Of a stretch of DNA of 64,000 nt, positions 22,863-39,868 are shown one piece after another; position 1 is the first letter of the stretch, and each line of letters begins with the position of its first letter. Origin of the DNA: an uncultured delta proteobacterium (GTDB taxonomy: Bacteria; Desulfobacterota; Binatia; UBA9968); assembly GCA_963804165.1 (NCBI GenBank), contig CAWDPO010000023.1, positions 64,001 through 128,000 of the forward strand, written 5' to 3'. The notes beneath the pieces are model-generated. The model was not told the origin of the DNA. It saw nothing but the letters and a program-made list of their open reading frames with translations, and did not search any database. The position numbers and the translations under genes are program-made.

Positions 22863-23159
22863 CTAAGCGTCGGCCCCTTTTGACTCTTCCTGGGTTGCAT
22901 GGCCCCGTTCCAGGACTTTGCTGACACGCCAACGCTTGTCCCGGCTAAGCGGACGACACTCCACGATCAGTACGCGATCACCGATGCGACATTGATTGCT
23001 CTCGTCGTGCGCCTTCACTTTGGAGCGGCGTCGCAGGATTTTTTTATACCGCGGATGCATGACCGTCCGTTCGATGGAAATCACCACGGTCTTTTGCATG
23101 CGGTCACTGACCACCAGTCCCGTTCGTTCTTTTCTCAACCCTGGGGTGCTCATGCTCAT
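22863..23159 (-). CDS. rpsQ: 30S ribosomal protein S17
   Basis: G.VVSDRMQKT, ECRPLSRDKRW. Confidence 0.96.
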   Translation of the reverse strand: MSMSTPGLRKERTGLVVSDRMQKTVVISIERTVMHPRYKKILRRRSKVKAHDESNQCRIGDRVLIVECRPLSRDKRWRVSKVLERGHATQEESKGADA

Positions 23160-23359
23160 CCTCTTTGCCCTCGGAGGACTCGTTCACGCAGAATGGTTTC
23201 GACGCGGGCAAGGTTGCGCTTGGTTTCTTTGAGCTTCATGGGATTCTCTAACCGGCTGGTGGCGCGCTTTAGTTTCAGATTGCCGATTTCCTCGTGTAAC
23301 GAGAGACGTTTTTGTGCTAAATCCTCGACGCTCATCTCCCGCAGTTCTTTAGCCTCCAT
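23156..23359 (-). CDS. rpmC: 50S ribosomal protein L29
   Basis: MEAKELRE...LENP...ARVETIL; position in S10 operon. Confidence 0.94.
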   Translation of the reverse strand: MEAKELREMSVEDLAQKRLSLHEEIGNLKLKRATSRLENPMKLKETKRNLARVETILRERVLRGQRG

Positions 23360-23774
23360 GAGCCACACTCCTGCGCTGTACGGTGATCGTTGGGATGGAT
23401 AGTTTGTGCGCCGCTAAGCGGAAGGCCTCCTTGGCGAGCGGGCCTTCAACACCTTCCATTTCGAATAAGATTCGGCCCGGTTGGACGACGGCAACCCACA
23501 TTTCGGGAGCTCCCTTTCCCTTTCCCATCCGGGTTTCTAGAGGCTTTTTGGTCAGCGGCTTGTCAGGAAAAATCCGAATCCAGACCTTGCCGCCGCGCTT
23601 AAGGTAACGCGTTAAAGCGACTCGCGCCGCCTCGATCTCACGCGCGCTCATCCAGCCGCGCCCGACCGCCTTGAGACCAAAATCTCCAAAGGCTAAGGTC
23701 GAACCGCGATGGGCCGTCCCCCGGCGACGTCCCTTCTGCAGTTTGCGATATTTAACTTTTTTTGGTTCGAGCAT
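23349..23774 (-). CDS. rplP: 50S ribosomal protein L16
   Basis: IEAARVA, RIFPD, RMGKGKG. Confidence 0.97.
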   Translation of the reverse strand: MLEPKKVKYRKLQKGRRRGTAHRGSTLAFGDFGLKAVGRGWMSAREIEAARVALTRYLKRGGKVWIRIFPDKPLTKKPLETRMGKGKGAPEMWVAVVQPGRILFEMEGVEGPLAKEAFRLAAHKLSIPTITVQRRSVAHGG

Positions 23775-23821
23775 TTTGATTACGTATTTTTGCTAGATTC
23801 GTCGCGATTCAGCCAATTTCT

Positions 23822-24484
23822 TCATCCACCCAACATCGCCTTCTGTTGCTCTTCTTCCTCGGTCAAAACCTCGCCGCGAAAAATCCAAACTTTGACACCG
23901 ATCACGCCGTAGGTGGTGCGCGCCTCGGCGAAACCATAACTGATGTCCGCACGCAGCGTGTGCAGCGGTACGCGCCCTTCACGGTACCACTCGGTGCGCG
24001 CAATTTCGGAACCGCCCAAGCGACCGGCCGATTGAATTCTTACGCCCTGCGCGCCCATGCGCATGGCTCGGGAAACGCTTTCCTTCATGGCACGGCGAAA
24101 AGCGACGCGGCGCTCCAACTGCAAAGCGACATTCTCCGCGGCAAGCTGGCCATCGAGGTCCGGTCTACGAACCTCATGAATATTGATGTAAGTTTCCCGA
24201 TGAGTCAGTTTGGTGATTTCCTCTTTGAGTTTTTCGATCTCGGCGCCCTTTTTACCGATCACGATTCCGGGCCGCGCCGTGTGAATATTGATCTTTGCTT
24301 TATTGGCCGCTCTTTCGATTTCAATGCGCGAGATTCCCGCGTGATAGAGCCGGCTTTTTAAAAATTTTGTTATGCGAAAATCTTCATGGAGCAGTTTGGG
24401 GTAATCGTGACGCGCGAACCACTTCGAGTCCCAGGACTCGATCACGCCGAGACGAAATAATTTCGGATGCGTTTTCTGACCCAT
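23822..24484 (-). CDS. rpsC: 30S ribosomal protein S3
   Basis: [27 protein letters not shown]. Confidence 0.97.
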   Translation of the reverse strand: MGQKTHPKLFRLGVIESWDSKWFARHDYPKLLHEDFRITKFLKSRLYHAGISRIEIERAANKAKINIHTARPGIVIGKKGAEIEKLKEEITKLTHRETYINIHEVRRPDLDGQLAAENVALQLERRVAFRRAMKESVSRAMRMGAQGVRIQSAGRLGGSEIARTEWYREGRVPLHTLRADISYGFAEARTTYGVIGVKVWIFRGEVLTEEEEQQKAMLGG

Positions 24485-24490
24485 GAGGCT

Positions 24491-24835
24491 CTAACTCCTC
24501 TCCTGCGCTTCGTCGAGGACGATGGTCACGTGGCTGAGCCGTTTACGCACCCGCGTCGCCCGTCCTTGAGCGCGGGAAGTAAAGCGCTTCCACATGCCGG
24601 CTTCGTCCACCTTGGCCTGCTTGATGAACAAACGATCGACGTCAACGCTCTGAGTGTTTTCCGCATTCGCCACCGCTGTCCGCACAGTCTTTGCTACAAT
24701 ACCCGCAGAGCGCTTGGGAGTGAATTTGAGTATGTTCAACGCTTCTTCGACGCCCTTGCCGCGAATTTGGTCGACCACTAATCGAACTTTTCTCGGCGAG
24801 ATTCGGATAAACTTTGTGATCGCGCGTGCTTCCAT
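24491..24835 (-). CDS. rplV: 50S ribosomal protein L22
   Basis: RISPRKVRLV.D.IRGK, RAQGRA. Confidence 0.97.
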   Translation of the reverse strand: MEARAITKFIRISPRKVRLVVDQIRGKGVEEALNILKFTPKRSAGIVAKTVRTAVANAENTQSVDVDRLFIKQAKVDEAGMWKRFTSRAQGRATRVRKRLSHVTIVLDEAQERS

Positions 24836-24904
24836 AATTTCGTTAACTTACGAACAAAGTCATCGGACGCTAGCAACCTTTCGTCATAAAACGGTCAACC
24901 CACC

Positions 24905-25255
24905 CTATGGTTTCGCCGCCAGCGCTGCTGCTGGAGCCGGCGCTCTTGGTGCCGCCGCGGGTGGTGCACCCGTCGTTTCTTTGGCTTCGGCTTTCCGATC
25001 GCCCGAATGTGCGAAGAAAGTCCTCGTTGGAGCGAATTCACCGAGCTTATGGCCAACCATGTTTTCGCTGACAAATACCGGAATAAACTTCCTGCCGTTA
25101 TGCACGCCGATCGTGAGTCCGACCATCTCGGGAGTCACCGTCGATCGCCGCGACCACGTGCGAATGACCTGCCTTTGCCGCGATTCGCTGATCGCGGCAA
25201 TTTTTTTCAAAAGATGCTGGTCGACAAAAGGCCCTTTTTTAACCGAACGCGCCAT
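24905..25255 (-). CDS. rpsS: 30S ribosomal protein S19 with Ala/Pro-rich C-terminal extension
   Basis: [27 protein letters not shown]. Confidence 0.97.
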   Translation of the reverse strand: MARSVKKGPFVDQHLLKKIAAISESRQRQVIRTWSRRSTVTPEMVGLTIGVHNGRKFIPVFVSENMVGHKLGEFAPTRTFFAHSGDRKAEAKETTGAPPAAAPRAPAPAAALAAKP

Positions 25256-25257
25256 CG

Positions 25258-26085
25258 CTACCTACCTTTTCTCCGCTGCACGATATACTTGTCGGATGCA
25301 TGGTTCTTTCGCGTCTTATAACCCTTGGTTGGCTTGCCCCATGGCGTCATCGGATGATTACCCTTCGATCTTCCTTCGCCGCCTCCGTGCGGGTGATCGA
25401 CCGGGTTCTTGGCGATACCGCGCGTCGTCGGCCGAAACCCTAGCCAGCGTATCCTCCCCGCTTTCCCCCAGGAAACATTCTCTTGGTCGGCATTTCCGAC
25501 TTGACCCACCGTGGCACGGCAGTCAGCCAGGACGTAGCGCAGCTCGCCCGAAGGAAGTTTGATCAAAGCATAGGAGCCTTCCTTGGCCATCAGCTGGGCG
25601 CCCAATCCAGCGCTCCGTACCAATTGTCCACCCTTGCCGATCTTCAGTTCGATATTATGCACCACGGTGCCAACCGGAATAAACTTGAGCGGCAAGGAAT
25701 TGCCAGGCTGAATATCGACATTGTCGTCGCCGGCGAGCACTGAGGCGCCTACCTGCAAGCGTTCTGGCGCGAGAATATAGCGCCGTTCGCCGTCGGCATA
25801 GCAGAGTAATGCGATGCGCGCCGAACGGTTCGGATCGTATTCGATCGCTTCGACCTTCGCAGGGACATTGAATTTGTTGCGTTTGAAATCAATCACGCGA
25901 TACAGCCGCTTGTGCCCACCGCCGCGATGATCCGCGGTGACACGGCCGGTGTTGTTACGCCCGCCGCTATGGTTGAGCCGCTCGCGCAAACCCTTCTCCG
26001 GTCTCGCCTTGGTCACCTCATCAAAACTGAGCCCGGTGCGAAAACGCATGCCTGCGGAGGTGGGTTGATAAGTCTTAATGGCCAT
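25258..26085 (-). CDS. rplB: 50S ribosomal protein L2
   Basis: [21 protein letters not shown]. Confidence 0.98.
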   Translation of the reverse strand: MAIKTYQPTSAGMRFRTGLSFDEVTKARPEKGLRERLNHSGGRNNTGRVTADHRGGGHKRLYRVIDFKRNKFNVPAKVEAIEYDPNRSARIALLCYADGERRYILAPERLQVGASVLAGDDNVDIQPGNSLPLKFIPVGTVVHNIELKIGKGGQLVRSAGLGAQLMAKEGSYALIKLPSGELRYVLADCRATVGQVGNADQENVSWGKAGRIRWLGFRPTTRGIAKNPVDHPHGGGEGRSKGNHPMTPWGKPTKGYKTRKNHASDKYIVQRRKGR

Positions 26086-26104
26086 GGGCTAATCTCTTTT
26101 TATT

Positions 26105-26395
26105 TTATGCTCCACCAAAAAAGTCGATTTTATCGCCGTCTTTGAGCGTTACGTAAGCTTTCTTCCAATCAGAGCGTCGCCCGATGTTTTTCCCGATGCG
26201 ACGCATCTTGCCTAGATAGCGTGCCATGCGGACTTGCGTGACTTTGACCTTGAAAAGCGTTTCGACCGCGTGTTTGACTTCGATCTTGTTAGCGTCAGGG
26301 CGAACCTTGAACAAAACCTGATTGGCGCTTTCGGTTAATAGCGTGCCTTTTTCCGAGACCAGCGGCGCTTTGATCACATCGTGCGGGCTCTTCAT
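26105..26395 (-). CDS. rplW: 50S ribosomal protein L23
   Basis: P.VSEK, ANKIEVK.AVE.LF.VKV, WKKAYVTL. Confidence 0.97.
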   Translation of the reverse strand: MKSPHDVIKAPLVSEKGTLLTESANQVLFKVRPDANKIEVKHAVETLFKVKVTQVRMARYLGKMRRIGKNIGRRSDWKKAYVTLKDGDKIDFFGGA

Positions 26396-26988
26396 GCGGC
26401 CAACCTCTCTTCCAGCCGCTTAAGCGCTTGCTCGGTCAGGATCAGGTGCTCGTGATACAAGATATCGTAAACGTTCAAACCTTCCACTCGCAGCACTTTG
26501 ACTTTGGGCAGGTTGCGCGCCGAACGCTCGATCTTTGCATCCGGTTGTGCGATCACGATCAACGCGCTTTCGACTTTCAACTCGGCCAACGCCTGGGCCA
26601 TGATCCTTGTCTTCGCCGCCTCGAGCTCGAGCTTGTCAACCACGACAAGCTTGCCGTCACGCTTCTTGAGGCTTAGGGCGGACAGCAACGCCTCCCGTCG
26701 GGCCGTCCTCGGTATTCGATAAGAATAGTCGCGCGGCTGAGGACCGAAGACTGTACCACCGCCGACCCAGATCGGCGAGCGGATACTACCCGCGCGCGCG
26801 CGTCCCGTACCTTTTTGCCGCCAGGGCTTTTTGCCGCCACCCTTGACGAACCCTTTGGACTTAGTCGCAGCGCTGCCAGCGCGCCGATTGGCAAGCTGCA
26901 TGACCACGGCTTGATGGAGTAAGTGAGAACGCGTCTTTGCGCCAAAAATCGACTCGTTAAGATGCGGCTCTATCACGTGGACTTCCAT
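26392..26988 (-). CDS. rplD: 50S ribosomal protein L4
   Basis: [25 protein letters not shown]. Confidence 0.97.
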   Translation of the reverse strand: MEVHVIEPHLNESIFGAKTRSHLLHQAVVMQLANRRAGSAATKSKGFVKGGGKKPWRQKGTGRARAGSIRSPIWVGGGTVFGPQPRDYSYRIPRTARREALLSALSLKKRDGKLVVVDKLELEAAKTRIMAQALAELKVESALIVIAQPDAKIERSARNLPKVKVLRVEGLNVYDILYHEHLILTEQALKRLEERLAA

Positions 26989-26993
26989 TGAAT

Positions 26994-27626
26994 TTACCCT
27001 TTGGTCGCCGGGCGCAATATGACGACACCGTGCTTTGCGCCGGGCACTGCGCCGCGGACCAGCATCAAATTCTCCTCGGCGCGAATATCCACAACCTCAA
27101 GATTCTGCGTCGAAACTTGCTCGTTACCCCAGTGGCCCGCCATTTTCTTGCCTTTGCGCACGCGTCCGGGATAGGACCGATTGCCGATCGAACCGCCATG
27201 ACGAAAGTATTCGTGGGTGCCGTGCGAACCTGGAAAACCGGCGAAAGACCAGCGCTTGATGACACCTGAAAAGCCATGTCCTTTGGAGACGCCGGACACA
27301 TCGATGCGATCACCGACCTTGAAAAGATCGCTCGCCTTGATCTCTTGGCCGACTTCGTATGGTGACACGTCGTCGACGCGAAACTCCCTCAGGACTTCAA
27401 AAGCGCCCTTGCCGGCCTTTGCCATATGACCCTGTGCGGCTTTGTTCACGCGCTGCGCCTTCCGAGTGCCGAAACCAACTTGCAACGCGTTGTAGCCATC
27501 CGTCGATGTTTGCTTTTTTTGCACCACGACGCACGGGCGGGTCTCAACGATCGTGACCGGCACCACGTTTCCCTCGGCGTTGTAGAATTGCATCATGCCG
27601 ATTTTTCTGGCGATGAGTCCTGTCAT
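26994..27626 (-). CDS. rplC: 50S ribosomal protein L3
   Basis: DGYNALQ, SKGHGF.G.IKR, GKKMAGH.G. Confidence 0.97.
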   Translation of the reverse strand: MTGLIARKIGMMQFYNAEGNVVPVTIVETRPCVVVQKKQTSTDGYNALQVGFGTRKAQRVNKAAQGHMAKAGKGAFEVLREFRVDDVSPYEVGQEIKASDLFKVGDRIDVSGVSKGHGFSGVIKRWSFAGFPGSHGTHEYFRHGGSIGNRSYPGRVRKGKKMAGHWGNEQVSTQNLEVVDIRAEENLMLVRGAVPGAKHGVVILRPATKG

Positions 27627-27673
27627 ATTCACGTTCCAATTAGCGCGACGTGCGAGCTAAAGTTTCCCCCGTC

Positions 27674-27982
27674 TCACTGCAACTTGATCTCAACATCGAC
27701 CCCGGCCGCAATATCAAGCTTGCCCAGCGCGTCAATGGTTTGTTGCGTCGGCTCGAGAATATCGAGAAGCCGTTTGTGCGTACGGATTTCGTACTGATCC
27801 CGCGACTTTTTATCGACATGAGGCGAGCGGTTGACGGTGAACCTTTCAATCCTGGTCGGCAACGGAATCGGACCCGCTACCCGACCGCCGGTGCGCCTTA
27901 CGGTCTCGACAATCTCCCCCACCGACTGATCCAGCACGCGGTGGTCGTAGGCTTTTAGCCGAATCCTAATCTTCTCGTTCAT
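27674..27982 (-). CDS. rpsJ: 30S ribosomal protein S10
   Basis: [26 protein letters not shown]. Confidence 0.98.
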   Translation of the reverse strand: MNEKIRIRLKAYDHRVLDQSVGEIVETVRRTGGRVAGPIPLPTRIERFTVNRSPHVDKKSRDQYEIRTHKRLLDILEPTQQTIDALGKLDIAAGVDVEIKLQ

Positions 27983-30075
27983 ACTTCATCATCCGACTTG
28001 TCATCAAACTTGGCGATAATTCCCTCGGCGACCGCCGCTGGAACAGGTTCATAATGAGCAAACTGCATTGTGTAAGTCGCTCTCCCTTGAGTCATCGACC
28101 GCAAATCGGTCGCATATCCGAACATTTCCGCCAGCGGCACGCGCGCATCGATCGCCTGCGCGGCGGGCCGCGTGTCCATGCCCAAAACCTTGCCGCGTCT
28201 CGAACTGATATCACCGATCACATCGCCCATAAACTCTTCCGGCACGACCACTTCGACCGACATAATCGGCTCGAGCAGCACTGGATTGGCTTTGCGCATG
28301 GCGGCCTTAAAGGCCATCGAGCCGGCAATCTTGAAAGCGATCTCCGAAGAATCGACGTCATGATAACTGCCATCGAAAAGAGTGGCTTTGACGTCGACCA
28401 CAGGATAGCCGGCAAGCGCGCCATTTTCGGTCGCTTCCCTAATTCCTTTTTCTACGGCAGGGATGTATTCACGAGGAATAGAGCCACCTTTAATGGCATC
28501 GACAAATTCAAACCCGGCGCCGGGTGGCTGCGGCTCGAGGGTGATCCAAACATCGCCGTACTGGCCGCGGCCGCCGGTTTGGCGGACGAAACGGCCTTGC
28601 TGTTCAACTTTTTTACGAACGGTCTCTTTATAGGCAACCTGAGGCTTGCCGACGTTGGCGCCGACATTGAACTCGCGCAGTAGGCGATCGACGATAATTT
28701 CGAGATGAAGCTCGCCCATGCCGGAGATAATCGTCTGGCCGGTTTCTTCATCGGTGCGGACTTTGAAGGAAGGATCTTCCGTCGCCAGCTTTTGGAGAGA
28801 TAGGCCTAGCCTTTCTTGGTCCGCCTTGCTTTTCGGTTCGATCGCGATCGATATAACTGGATCGGGAAAATCAATCGACTCGAGCATGATCGGCTCTTCT
28901 TCATCGCATAACGTATCGCCGGTCGTCGCGGTTTTCAGTCCGACTGCGGCGGCGATATCACCGGCATAAACTTCCTTGATCTCTTCACGCTTGTTCGCGT
29001 GCATTTTGAGCAAGCGACCGATGCGCTCTCTTTTGCTTTTTGTCGAATTATAAATGCTGGAGCCAGACGTGATCGATCCGGAATAGACGCGGAAGAACGT
29101 CAGGGTACCGACGAATGGATCCGTCATTATTTTGAACGCCAGCGCCGAAAAGGGCGCATCATCTTTCGCCGGCCGTTCGGCCGGAGTGGTCGTTCCCGCT
29201 TCGACACCCTTGACCGGCGGAATATCTTGAGGCGATGGGAGATAATCCACGACCGCGTCCAACATCGGCTGCACGCCTTTGTTGCGAAACGCTGAACCAC
29301 ACAGTGCCGGCACGATCTTGAGAGAAAGAGTCCCCTTACGAATCGCCGCGCGAAGTTCACTTTCAGAAATATCTTTGCCTTCGAGATATTTCTCCATGAT
29401 CGCTTCGTCGCTGTCAGCGACCGTTTCGATTAACTTCTCGCGATATTCCTGAGCCTGTGTCTTAAGATCAGCCGGGATGGGTTCCTCATGGAATTTAGCG
29501 CCGAGGCTTTCCTCTTCCCACACAACCGCCTTCATTCCCACTAAATCGACGACCCCGGTAAACTTCTCTTCAGCGCCGATCGGAAGCTGTACGACGGCCG
29601 GGCGCGCGCCCAGTCGATCCTCGATCATTTTAACGACGTGAAAAAAATCCGCGCCCAGCCTGTCCATTTTATTGACAAATGCCAAACGCGGCACGCCATA
29701 TTTGTCGGCCTGCCGCCACACGGTCTCCGTCTGCGGTTCGACGCCGCCGACTGAACAAAAAACCGCTACGGCACCGTCGAGTACCCGCAGCGAGCGCTCA
29801 ACTTCGATAGTAAAGTCAACGTGGCCAGGAGTATCGATAATATTCACTCTGTGATCGCGCCACAGGCAAGTGGTTGCTGCCGAGGTTATCGTAATTCCAC
29901 GCTCTTGTTCCTGAACCATCCAGTCCATCGTCGCGGTACCCTCGTGTACCTCGCCGATCTTGTAGTTGATCCCGGTGTAATAAAGGATGCGCTCGGTGGT
30001 CGTGGTTTTGCCCGCATCGATGTGCGCCATAATCCCGATATTGCGGGTCTTCTCTAACGGAACAGTTCGTGCCAT
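27979..30075 (-). CDS. fusA: Elongation factor G
   Basis: [30 protein letters not shown]. Confidence 0.98.
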   Translation of the reverse strand: MARTVPLEKTRNIGIMAHIDAGKTTTTERILYYTGINYKIGEVHEGTATMDWMVQEQERGITITSAATTCLWRDHRVNIIDTPGHVDFTIEVERSLRVLDGAVAVFCSVGGVEPQTETVWRQADKYGVPRLAFVNKMDRLGADFFHVVKMIEDRLGARPAVVQLPIGAEEKFTGVVDLVGMKAVVWEEESLGAKFHEEPIPADLKTQAQEYREKLIETVADSDEAIMEKYLEGKDISESELRAAIRKGTLSLKIVPALCGSAFRNKGVQPMLDAVVDYLPSPQDIPPVKGVEAGTTTPAERPAKDDAPFSALAFKIMTDPFVGTLTFFRVYSGSITSGSSIYNSTKSKRERIGRLLKMHANKREEIKEVYAGDIAAAVGLKTATTGDTLCDEEEPIMLESIDFPDPVISIAIEPKSKADQERLGLSLQKLATEDPSFKVRTDEETGQTIISGMGELHLEIIVDRLLREFNVGANVGKPQVAYKETVRKKVEQQGRFVRQTGGRGQYGDVWITLEPQPPGAGFEFVDAIKGGSIPREYIPAVEKGIREATENGALAGYPVVDVKATLFDGSYHDVDSSEIAFKIAGSMAFKAAMRKANPVLLEPIMSVEVVVPEEFMGDVIGDISSRRGKVLGMDTRPAAQAIDARVPLAEMFGYATDLRSMTQGRATYTMQFAHYEPVPAAVAEGIIAKFDDKSDDEV

Positions 30076-30088
30076 TTGACTTTGCGCG

Positions 30089-30123
30089 GAAAAAAAGGAG
30101 GCGGTCAGCCCGCCTCCTTTTCC
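30089..30123 (-). terminator. Intrinsic terminator-like hairpin between rpsG and fusA
   Basis: Minus strand AAAAGGAGGCGG-gctga-CCGCCTCC-TTTTTTT. Confidence 0.65.
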
Positions 30124-30144
30124 AACGTCACTGACGTTGCAATA

Positions 30145-30621
<477 letters not shown>

Positions 30622-30993
30622 CTACTTCGGTCTCTTCGCCCCATATTTGGAGCGACCCTGTCGGCGTTCCTGGACACCAATGGAATCCAAGGTTCCTCGG
30701 ATAATGTGATAACGCACCCCGGGCAGGTCTTTGACGCGACCACCGCGAATCAAAACCACCGAGTGTTCTTGCAAGTTGTGTCCCACTCCGGGAATGTAGG
30801 AAGTCACTTCAATCCCATTGGTGAGCCGAACGCGCGCAACTTTTCGTAACGCCGAGTTAGGCTTCTTTGGCGTTGATGTGTAAACGCGAGTGCACACCCC
30901 CCGCTTCTGGGGGCAACTCTGCAGCGCTGGCGCGGTGTTCTTTCGGCGCTGTTTTTCGCGGCTTTCACGCACTAATTGACTAATCGTCGGCAT
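30622..30993 (-). CDS. rpsL: 30S ribosomal protein S12
   Basis: [22 protein letters not shown]. Confidence 0.98.
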   Translation of the reverse strand: MPTISQLVRESREKQRRKNTAPALQSCPQKRGVCTRVYTSTPKKPNSALRKVARVRLTNGIEVTSYIPGVGHNLQEHSVVLIRGGRVKDLPGVRYHIIRGTLDSIGVQERRQGRSKYGAKRPK

Positions 30994-31067
30994 ATTTTCT
31001 CATTCACACTATGATTTGGATTCTGGGGAGTAGTTTGTTACTTGAAATCCCCCCTGGAGAAATCCTG

Positions 31068-31096
31068 TTATTAGCAAATTACCCTATCATTGTCAA
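31068..31096 (-). promoter_or_regulatory. Putative sigma70 promoter for rpsL
   Basis: TTGACA-17 nt-TAATAA with TG extended -10, immediately after rpoC stop. Confidence 0.5.
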
Positions 31097-31099
31097 AGC

Positions 31100-35227
<4,128 letters not shown>

Positions 35228-35272
35228 AATCAGATCCCCTCCGATTCAAGCAACAGAACTCTATTGAGTCAG

Positions 35273-38200
35273 CTACTTCTCTTCCACCAAATCAACGTCG
35301 AGGCCTAAACTTTGCAGCTCTTTAACCATGACGTTGAAAGATTCAGGCAAGCCCGGTTCGAGCAAATTATCACCCTTGACGATCGCTTCGTACATACGCG
35401 TTCGACCAACGACGTCATCGGACTTGACCGTGAGCATTTCCTGCAGCGTATAGGCCGCCCCGTAGGCTTCCAAAGCCCAGACTTCCATCTCTCCCAATCG
35501 CTGACCACCAAATTGCGCCTTTCCCCCAAGCGGTTGCTGCGTAACAAGGGAATAGGGGCCCGTCGAACGGGCATGGATTTTGTCATCGACCAAATGATGC
35601 AGCTTCATGATGTACATGACACCGACCGTCACTTTCCCGTCAAACGATTGCCCAGATCGCCCGTCGTAGAGGGTGACCTGACCCGTCGCCGGCAATCCGG
35701 CTTTCCTCAGCAAGTTGAAAATTTCTTCTTCCGCGGCGCCGTCAAACACCGGCGAAGCGATGTGAACGCCTTCGCGGTATTTTTCCGCAAGCTTTAAAAC
35801 TTCGGGATCCTTCGCACCTTCGATCAATTCGCTCGCTTCTTTGGTGTTGAGGAAGTCTTTTAAACGTCGCCGCAACGTATCGCCGTCCTCACGATGCAGG
35901 CGCAGCATCTCATCGATTTGATGGCCGAGGCTCCGCGCGGCCCAGCCCAAATGAGCTTCGAGAATCTGGCCGACATTCATGCGCGAGGGAACACCGAGCG
36001 GATTAAGCACGACGTCAACGGGAGTTCCGTCCTCAAGATAAGGCATATCTTCTTCGGGCAAAATTCGAGAAATAACACCTTTGTTGCCATGACGGCCGGC
36101 CATCTTGTCACCGACTTGGAGCTTGCGCTTAATGGCGACGAAGACCTTGACCATCTTGATGACGCCCGGCGGCAGCTCATCGCCACCCTTAAGCTTCTCG
36201 ATCTTGTCGTCGAAGGCATGCTTGATCAGATTGACTTGGCTGGTGGTGCTGTCGATGATGCGGCTGAGTTCGTTTTCAACTGATTCGTTATCGACGCGGA
36301 TTTCGCTCCAGTACGACATCGGAAGTTGATCAAGATCTTCCTCGGTGAGCTCTTGACCCTTGTTGAGCAGCACTTTCCGGCTGTCGTCGCTGATTCGCCC
36401 AGCGAGTCGGCGGCCGATGAGCAATCTTTTCAATCGCCTGAGAGCGCCGTCCTGAAGAATGCGAACCTCGTCGTGCTGGTCCTTCCTCAAGCGAACGACC
36501 TCCTCGTCCTCGATCGCTTTGCTCCGCTCATCTTTGCCCAAACCTTTACGCGAGAAAATCCGCACGTTAATAACCGTACCCTCGACCCCGGGCGGCACCC
36601 GCAAGGACGTATCGCGCACTTCACCGGCTTTTTCACCAAAAATCGCCCGTAACAATTTTTCTTCCGGCGATAGTTGCGTTTCCCCTTTCGGCGTGATTTT
36701 GCCAACTAAAATATTGCCGGGCTTCACTTCTGCCCCGATGCGAATAATTCCACTCTCATCAAGGTCCATCAGGGCTTCATCACCGACGTTGGGTATGTCG
36801 CGGGTAATCTCTTCGGGGCCCAGCTTGGTGTCGCGTGAGACGCATTCGAATTCTTCGATGTGGATCGAGGTGTAAATATCTTCCTTGACCACCCGCTCAC
36901 TAATTAGAATTGAGTCCTCGAAGTTATAACCGCCCCATGGCATCAACGCGACTACTACGTTGCGACCCAGAGCGAGCTCGCCCATTTCTGTCGATGGTCC
37001 ATCTGCAATCACTTCACCTGCTTTAACTTGGTCGCCAACCAACACGATGGGCCTCTGGTTCATACACGTGTTTTGGTTGGACCTTTGATATTTGACCAAA
37101 TTGTAAATATCGACCCCGGTATCCCGCGGACCTGATGTCTTATCGGCTTTAATCACGATCCGGGTCGAATCCACACTTTCCACCACACCATCGCGCCGCA
37201 CTACGACCGTGACACCGGAATCGCGGGCCACGGTTTTTTCCATGCCGGTGCCGACGAGGGGCGCCTCAGTTCTAAGGAGCGGCACCGCCTGGCGTTGCAT
37301 ATTGGAACCCATGAGCGCGCGGTTGGCGTCGTCGTTTTCCAAAAAGGGAATCAACGAAGCTGCCACGCTCACCAGTTGGTTCGGTGAGACGTCCATGAAG
37401 TTGATCTCTTCGGGACGCGCCATGACAAACTCACCGCCCTTGCGGGCCGAAATCAAGTCCACGGTGAAATTTCCGCGGCCGTCGATGGGCGCATTGGCCT
37501 GAGCGATCACATGGTCTTCCTCTTCCAGAGCGGATAGATAGCGAATGCGATCCGTCACCCGGCCGCTTTCTACTTCACGGTAAGGGGTCTCGATAAAGCC
37601 GAAATCATTGACGCGAGCATACGTCGTGAGAGAGGCGATCAATCCGATGTTCGGACCTTCCGGCGTCTCGATCGGACAAACTCGACCATAATGCGTCGGA
37701 TGCACGTCGCGGACTTCAAACCCCGCCCGTTCACGGGTCAAACCGCCTGGGCCCAAAGCAGAGAGCCTCCGCTTGTGCGTGATTTCCGATAGCGGGTTGG
37801 TTTGGTCCATAAATTGAGAAAGCTGGCTAGAACCGAAAAACTCCTTGAGGGCCGCCGAAACGGGTTTGTAGTTGATCAGCTCCTGCGGCATCAAGGTTTC
37901 AATATCCTGCAGGCTCATCTTTTCTTTAATCGCCCGCTCCATGCGCACCAAGCCGACACGGAAGTGGTTCTCCACGAGCTCACCAACGGCGCGCACCCTG
38001 CGGTTGCCGAGATGATCGATATCGTCCACCGATCCATTGCCGTTCTTGAGTTCCATCAAGTAACGCACGACTTCGAGAATATCCTCCTTGCGCAACGTCC
38101 CCTGCTCGAGGGGCACGTTGAGCCTCAGCCGGTGATTGAGTTTGAGCCGACCCACTTTGGAAAGATCATAGCGGTCTGGGTTAAAAAACAAATTGTTAAA

Positions 38201-39376
38201 GAAATTCGTCGCCGACTCGACCGTCGGTGGATCCCCCGGCCGCAAGCGGCGATAGATCTCAAGGATCGCATCTTGGGGAGATTTAATGCGATCTTGGAGC
38301 AAAGTGTTACGCAAATATGGGCCGACGCTGGACTCGTCGATGAACAACACATCGACTTGATGGATTCCCTTGTCCCGAATGAGGTCGAGTTTTTCCTGGG
38401 TAATTTCGTGATTGCACTCGACCAACACTTCCTTGGTCTGCGGGTCGACAATATCGTGAGCCGCGACTCGTCCTAGAATATCTTCCCAAACCACAGGAAC
38501 CTGCTTCAATTTAGCAGTTTCCATTTGGCGCAGGATCGGGCGCGTAAATTTCTTGCCTTCTTTAACGATCATGTCGTTAGTTTTCGGGTCGCGGACATCC
38601 GCGCTCACTTTAGCGTTCAACAAGTGACTCGCATTGAAAACCAGCGCCGGCTTGCGTCCGTCAAACACCACGGTATCGCTCTTGTAATAGTAGTTCAGCA
38701 GGTCTTCCGTGGTCATGCCGAGCGCACGCAACAGCACCGTGGCGTGAAACTTACGCCGCCGGTCGATACGCACGTAGAGAATATCACGAGGATCAAATTC
38801 GAGATCCACCCATGAGCCCCTGTACGGGATGACGCGCGCCGAATATAGCAGCTTCCCGCTGGCATGCGTTTTCCCTTTGTCGTGCTCGAAGAAAACTCCG
38901 GGAGAGCGGTGCAGCTGACTGACGATCACCCGCTCAGTGCCGTTGATCATGAACGTCCCGTTGATGGTCATCAGCGGAATTTCACCAAAATAGACTTCCT
39001 GCTCCTTGACATTTTTGATACTGCGCGAGCCGGTCTGCTGATCGACGTCCCACAGCACCAGCTGCACGGTGACCTTCAAAGGCGCGGCGTACGTCATGCC
39101 GCGTTGGTGGCACTCTTCCACATCGTATTTGGGTTCGCCCAACGAAAAGCTGACAAACTCCAGAGATGCGGTCTCGTTAAAGTCCTTGATCGGAAAAACG
39201 GATTTAAAAACTTCCTGCAAACCCATGTTCTGACGCTCCATCGGAGCTGCGTCTTTTTGCAGGAACAGCTCGTAAGAGTTCTTTTGAATCTCAATCAAAT
39301 AAGGAAGATCGATAATTTTTCGGATCCTCCCGAAGGTACGGCGAAATCGTAAATTATTGGCAACTTGAAATGCCAT
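35273..39376 (-). CDS. rpoB: RNA polymerase beta subunit
   Basis: [24 protein letters not shown]. Confidence 0.99.
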   Translation of the reverse strand: MAFQVANNLRFRRTFGRIRKIIDLPYLIEIQKNSYELFLQKDAAPMERQNMGLQEVFKSVFPIKDFNETASLEFVSFSLGEPKYDVEECHQRGMTYAAPLKVTVQLVLWDVDQQTGSRSIKNVKEQEVYFGEIPLMTINGTFMINGTERVIVSQLHRSPGVFFEHDKGKTHASGKLLYSARVIPYRGSWVDLEFDPRDILYVRIDRRRKFHATVLLRALGMTTEDLLNYYYKSDTVVFDGRKPALVFNASHLLNAKVSADVRDPKTNDMIVKEGKKFTRPILRQMETAKLKQVPVVWEDILGRVAAHDIVDPQTKEVLVECNHEITQEKLDLIRDKGIHQVDVLFIDESSVGPYLRNTLLQDRIKSPQDAILEIYRRLRPGDPPTVESATNFFNNLFFNPDRYDLSKVGRLKLNHRLRLNVPLEQGTLRKEDILEVVRYLMELKNGNGSVDDIDHLGNRRVRAVGELVENHFRVGLVRMERAIKEKMSLQDIETLMPQELINYKPVSAALKEFFGSSQLSQFMDQTNPLSEITHKRRLSALGPGGLTRERAGFEVRDVHPTHYGRVCPIETPEGPNIGLIASLTTYARVNDFGFIETPYREVESGRVTDRIRYLSALEEEDHVIAQANAPIDGRGNFTVDLISARKGGEFVMARPEEINFMDVSPNQLVSVAASLIPFLENDDANRALMGSNMQRQAVPLLRTEAPLVGTGMEKTVARDSGVTVVVRRDGVVESVDSTRIVIKADKTSGPRDTGVDIYNLVKYQRSNQNTCMNQRPIVLVGDQVKAGEVIADGPSTEMGELALGRNVVVALMPWGGYNFEDSILISERVVKEDIYTSIHIEEFECVSRDTKLGPEEITRDIPNVGDEALMDLDESGIIRIGAEVKPGNILVGKITPKGETQLSPEEKLLRAIFGEKAGEVRDTSLRVPPGVEGTVINVRIFSRKGLGKDERSKAIEDEEVVRLRKDQHDEVRILQDGALRRLKRLLIGRRLAGRISDDSRKVLLNKGQELTEEDLDQLPMSYWSEIRVDNESVENELSRIIDSTTSQVNLIKHAFDDKIEKLKGGDELPPGVIKMVKVFVAIKRKLQVGDKMAGRHGNKGVISRILPEEDMPYLEDGTPVDVVLNPLGVPSRMNVGQILEAHLGWAARSLGHQIDEMLRLHREDGDTLRRRLKDFLNTKEASELIEGAKDPEVLKLAEKYREGVHIASPVFDGAAEEEIFNLLRKAGLPATGQVTLYDGRSGQSFDGKVTVGVMYIMKLHHLVDDKIHARSTGPYSLVTQQPLGGKAQFGGQRLGEMEVWALEAYGAAYTLQEMLTVKSDDVVGRTRMYEAIVKGDNLLEPGLPESFNVMVKELQSLGLDVDLVEEK

Positions 39377-39450
39377 GGACTCTCCTCTGTCGAACTTGCG
39401 GTCAACAATCCATCAGAACAAATTCACCGGTAAGCACAGCCTGAAGCGGT

Positions 39451-39828
39451 CTACTTGATTTCAACTTTTGCACCCTGCTCTTCGAGTTTCTTCTTGATGG
39501 TTTCGGCTTCCGCTTTGGCCACTGCTTCCTTTACTGTTTTTGGTGCGCCATCGACGAGATCTTTGGCTTCCTTGAGGCCTAATCCAGTGAGCTCACGTAC
39601 GACTTTGATGACCTGAATCTTTTTCTCGCCGGTTTCGGCAAGTATGACGTTGAATTCAGTCTTCTCTTCCGCTGCCGCCGCCGGTCCCCCAGCTGCTGCT
39701 GCGACAGCCACCGGAGCCGCCGCGCTCACGCCCAGCTCCTCCTCCAATTCCTTGACTAGAGCCGCCGCGTCCATCAAAGTCATGTTCTTGATGAAATCCT
39801 TAACCTGCTCTCTCGATACACCTTCCAT
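39451..39828 (-). CDS. rplL: 50S ribosomal protein L7/L12
   Basis: [19 protein letters not shown]. Confidence 0.97.
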   Translation of the reverse strand: MEGVSREQVKDFIKNMTLMDAAALVKELEEELGVSAAAPVAVAAAAGGPAAAAEEKTEFNVILAETGEKKIQVIKVVRELTGLGLKEAKDLVDGAPKTVKEAVAKAEAETIKKKLEEQGAKVEIK

Positions 39829-39868
39829 AAAGACTTCCCCCTTTGCTTATTGCCGCTTAAAATTAATT

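Noticed and set aside
37740-37840. Rifampicin or streptomycin resistance substitutions in RpoB/RpsL
   Set aside because: RpoB cluster I ([20 protein letters not shown]) and S12 PKKPNS/RVKDLPG look wild-type
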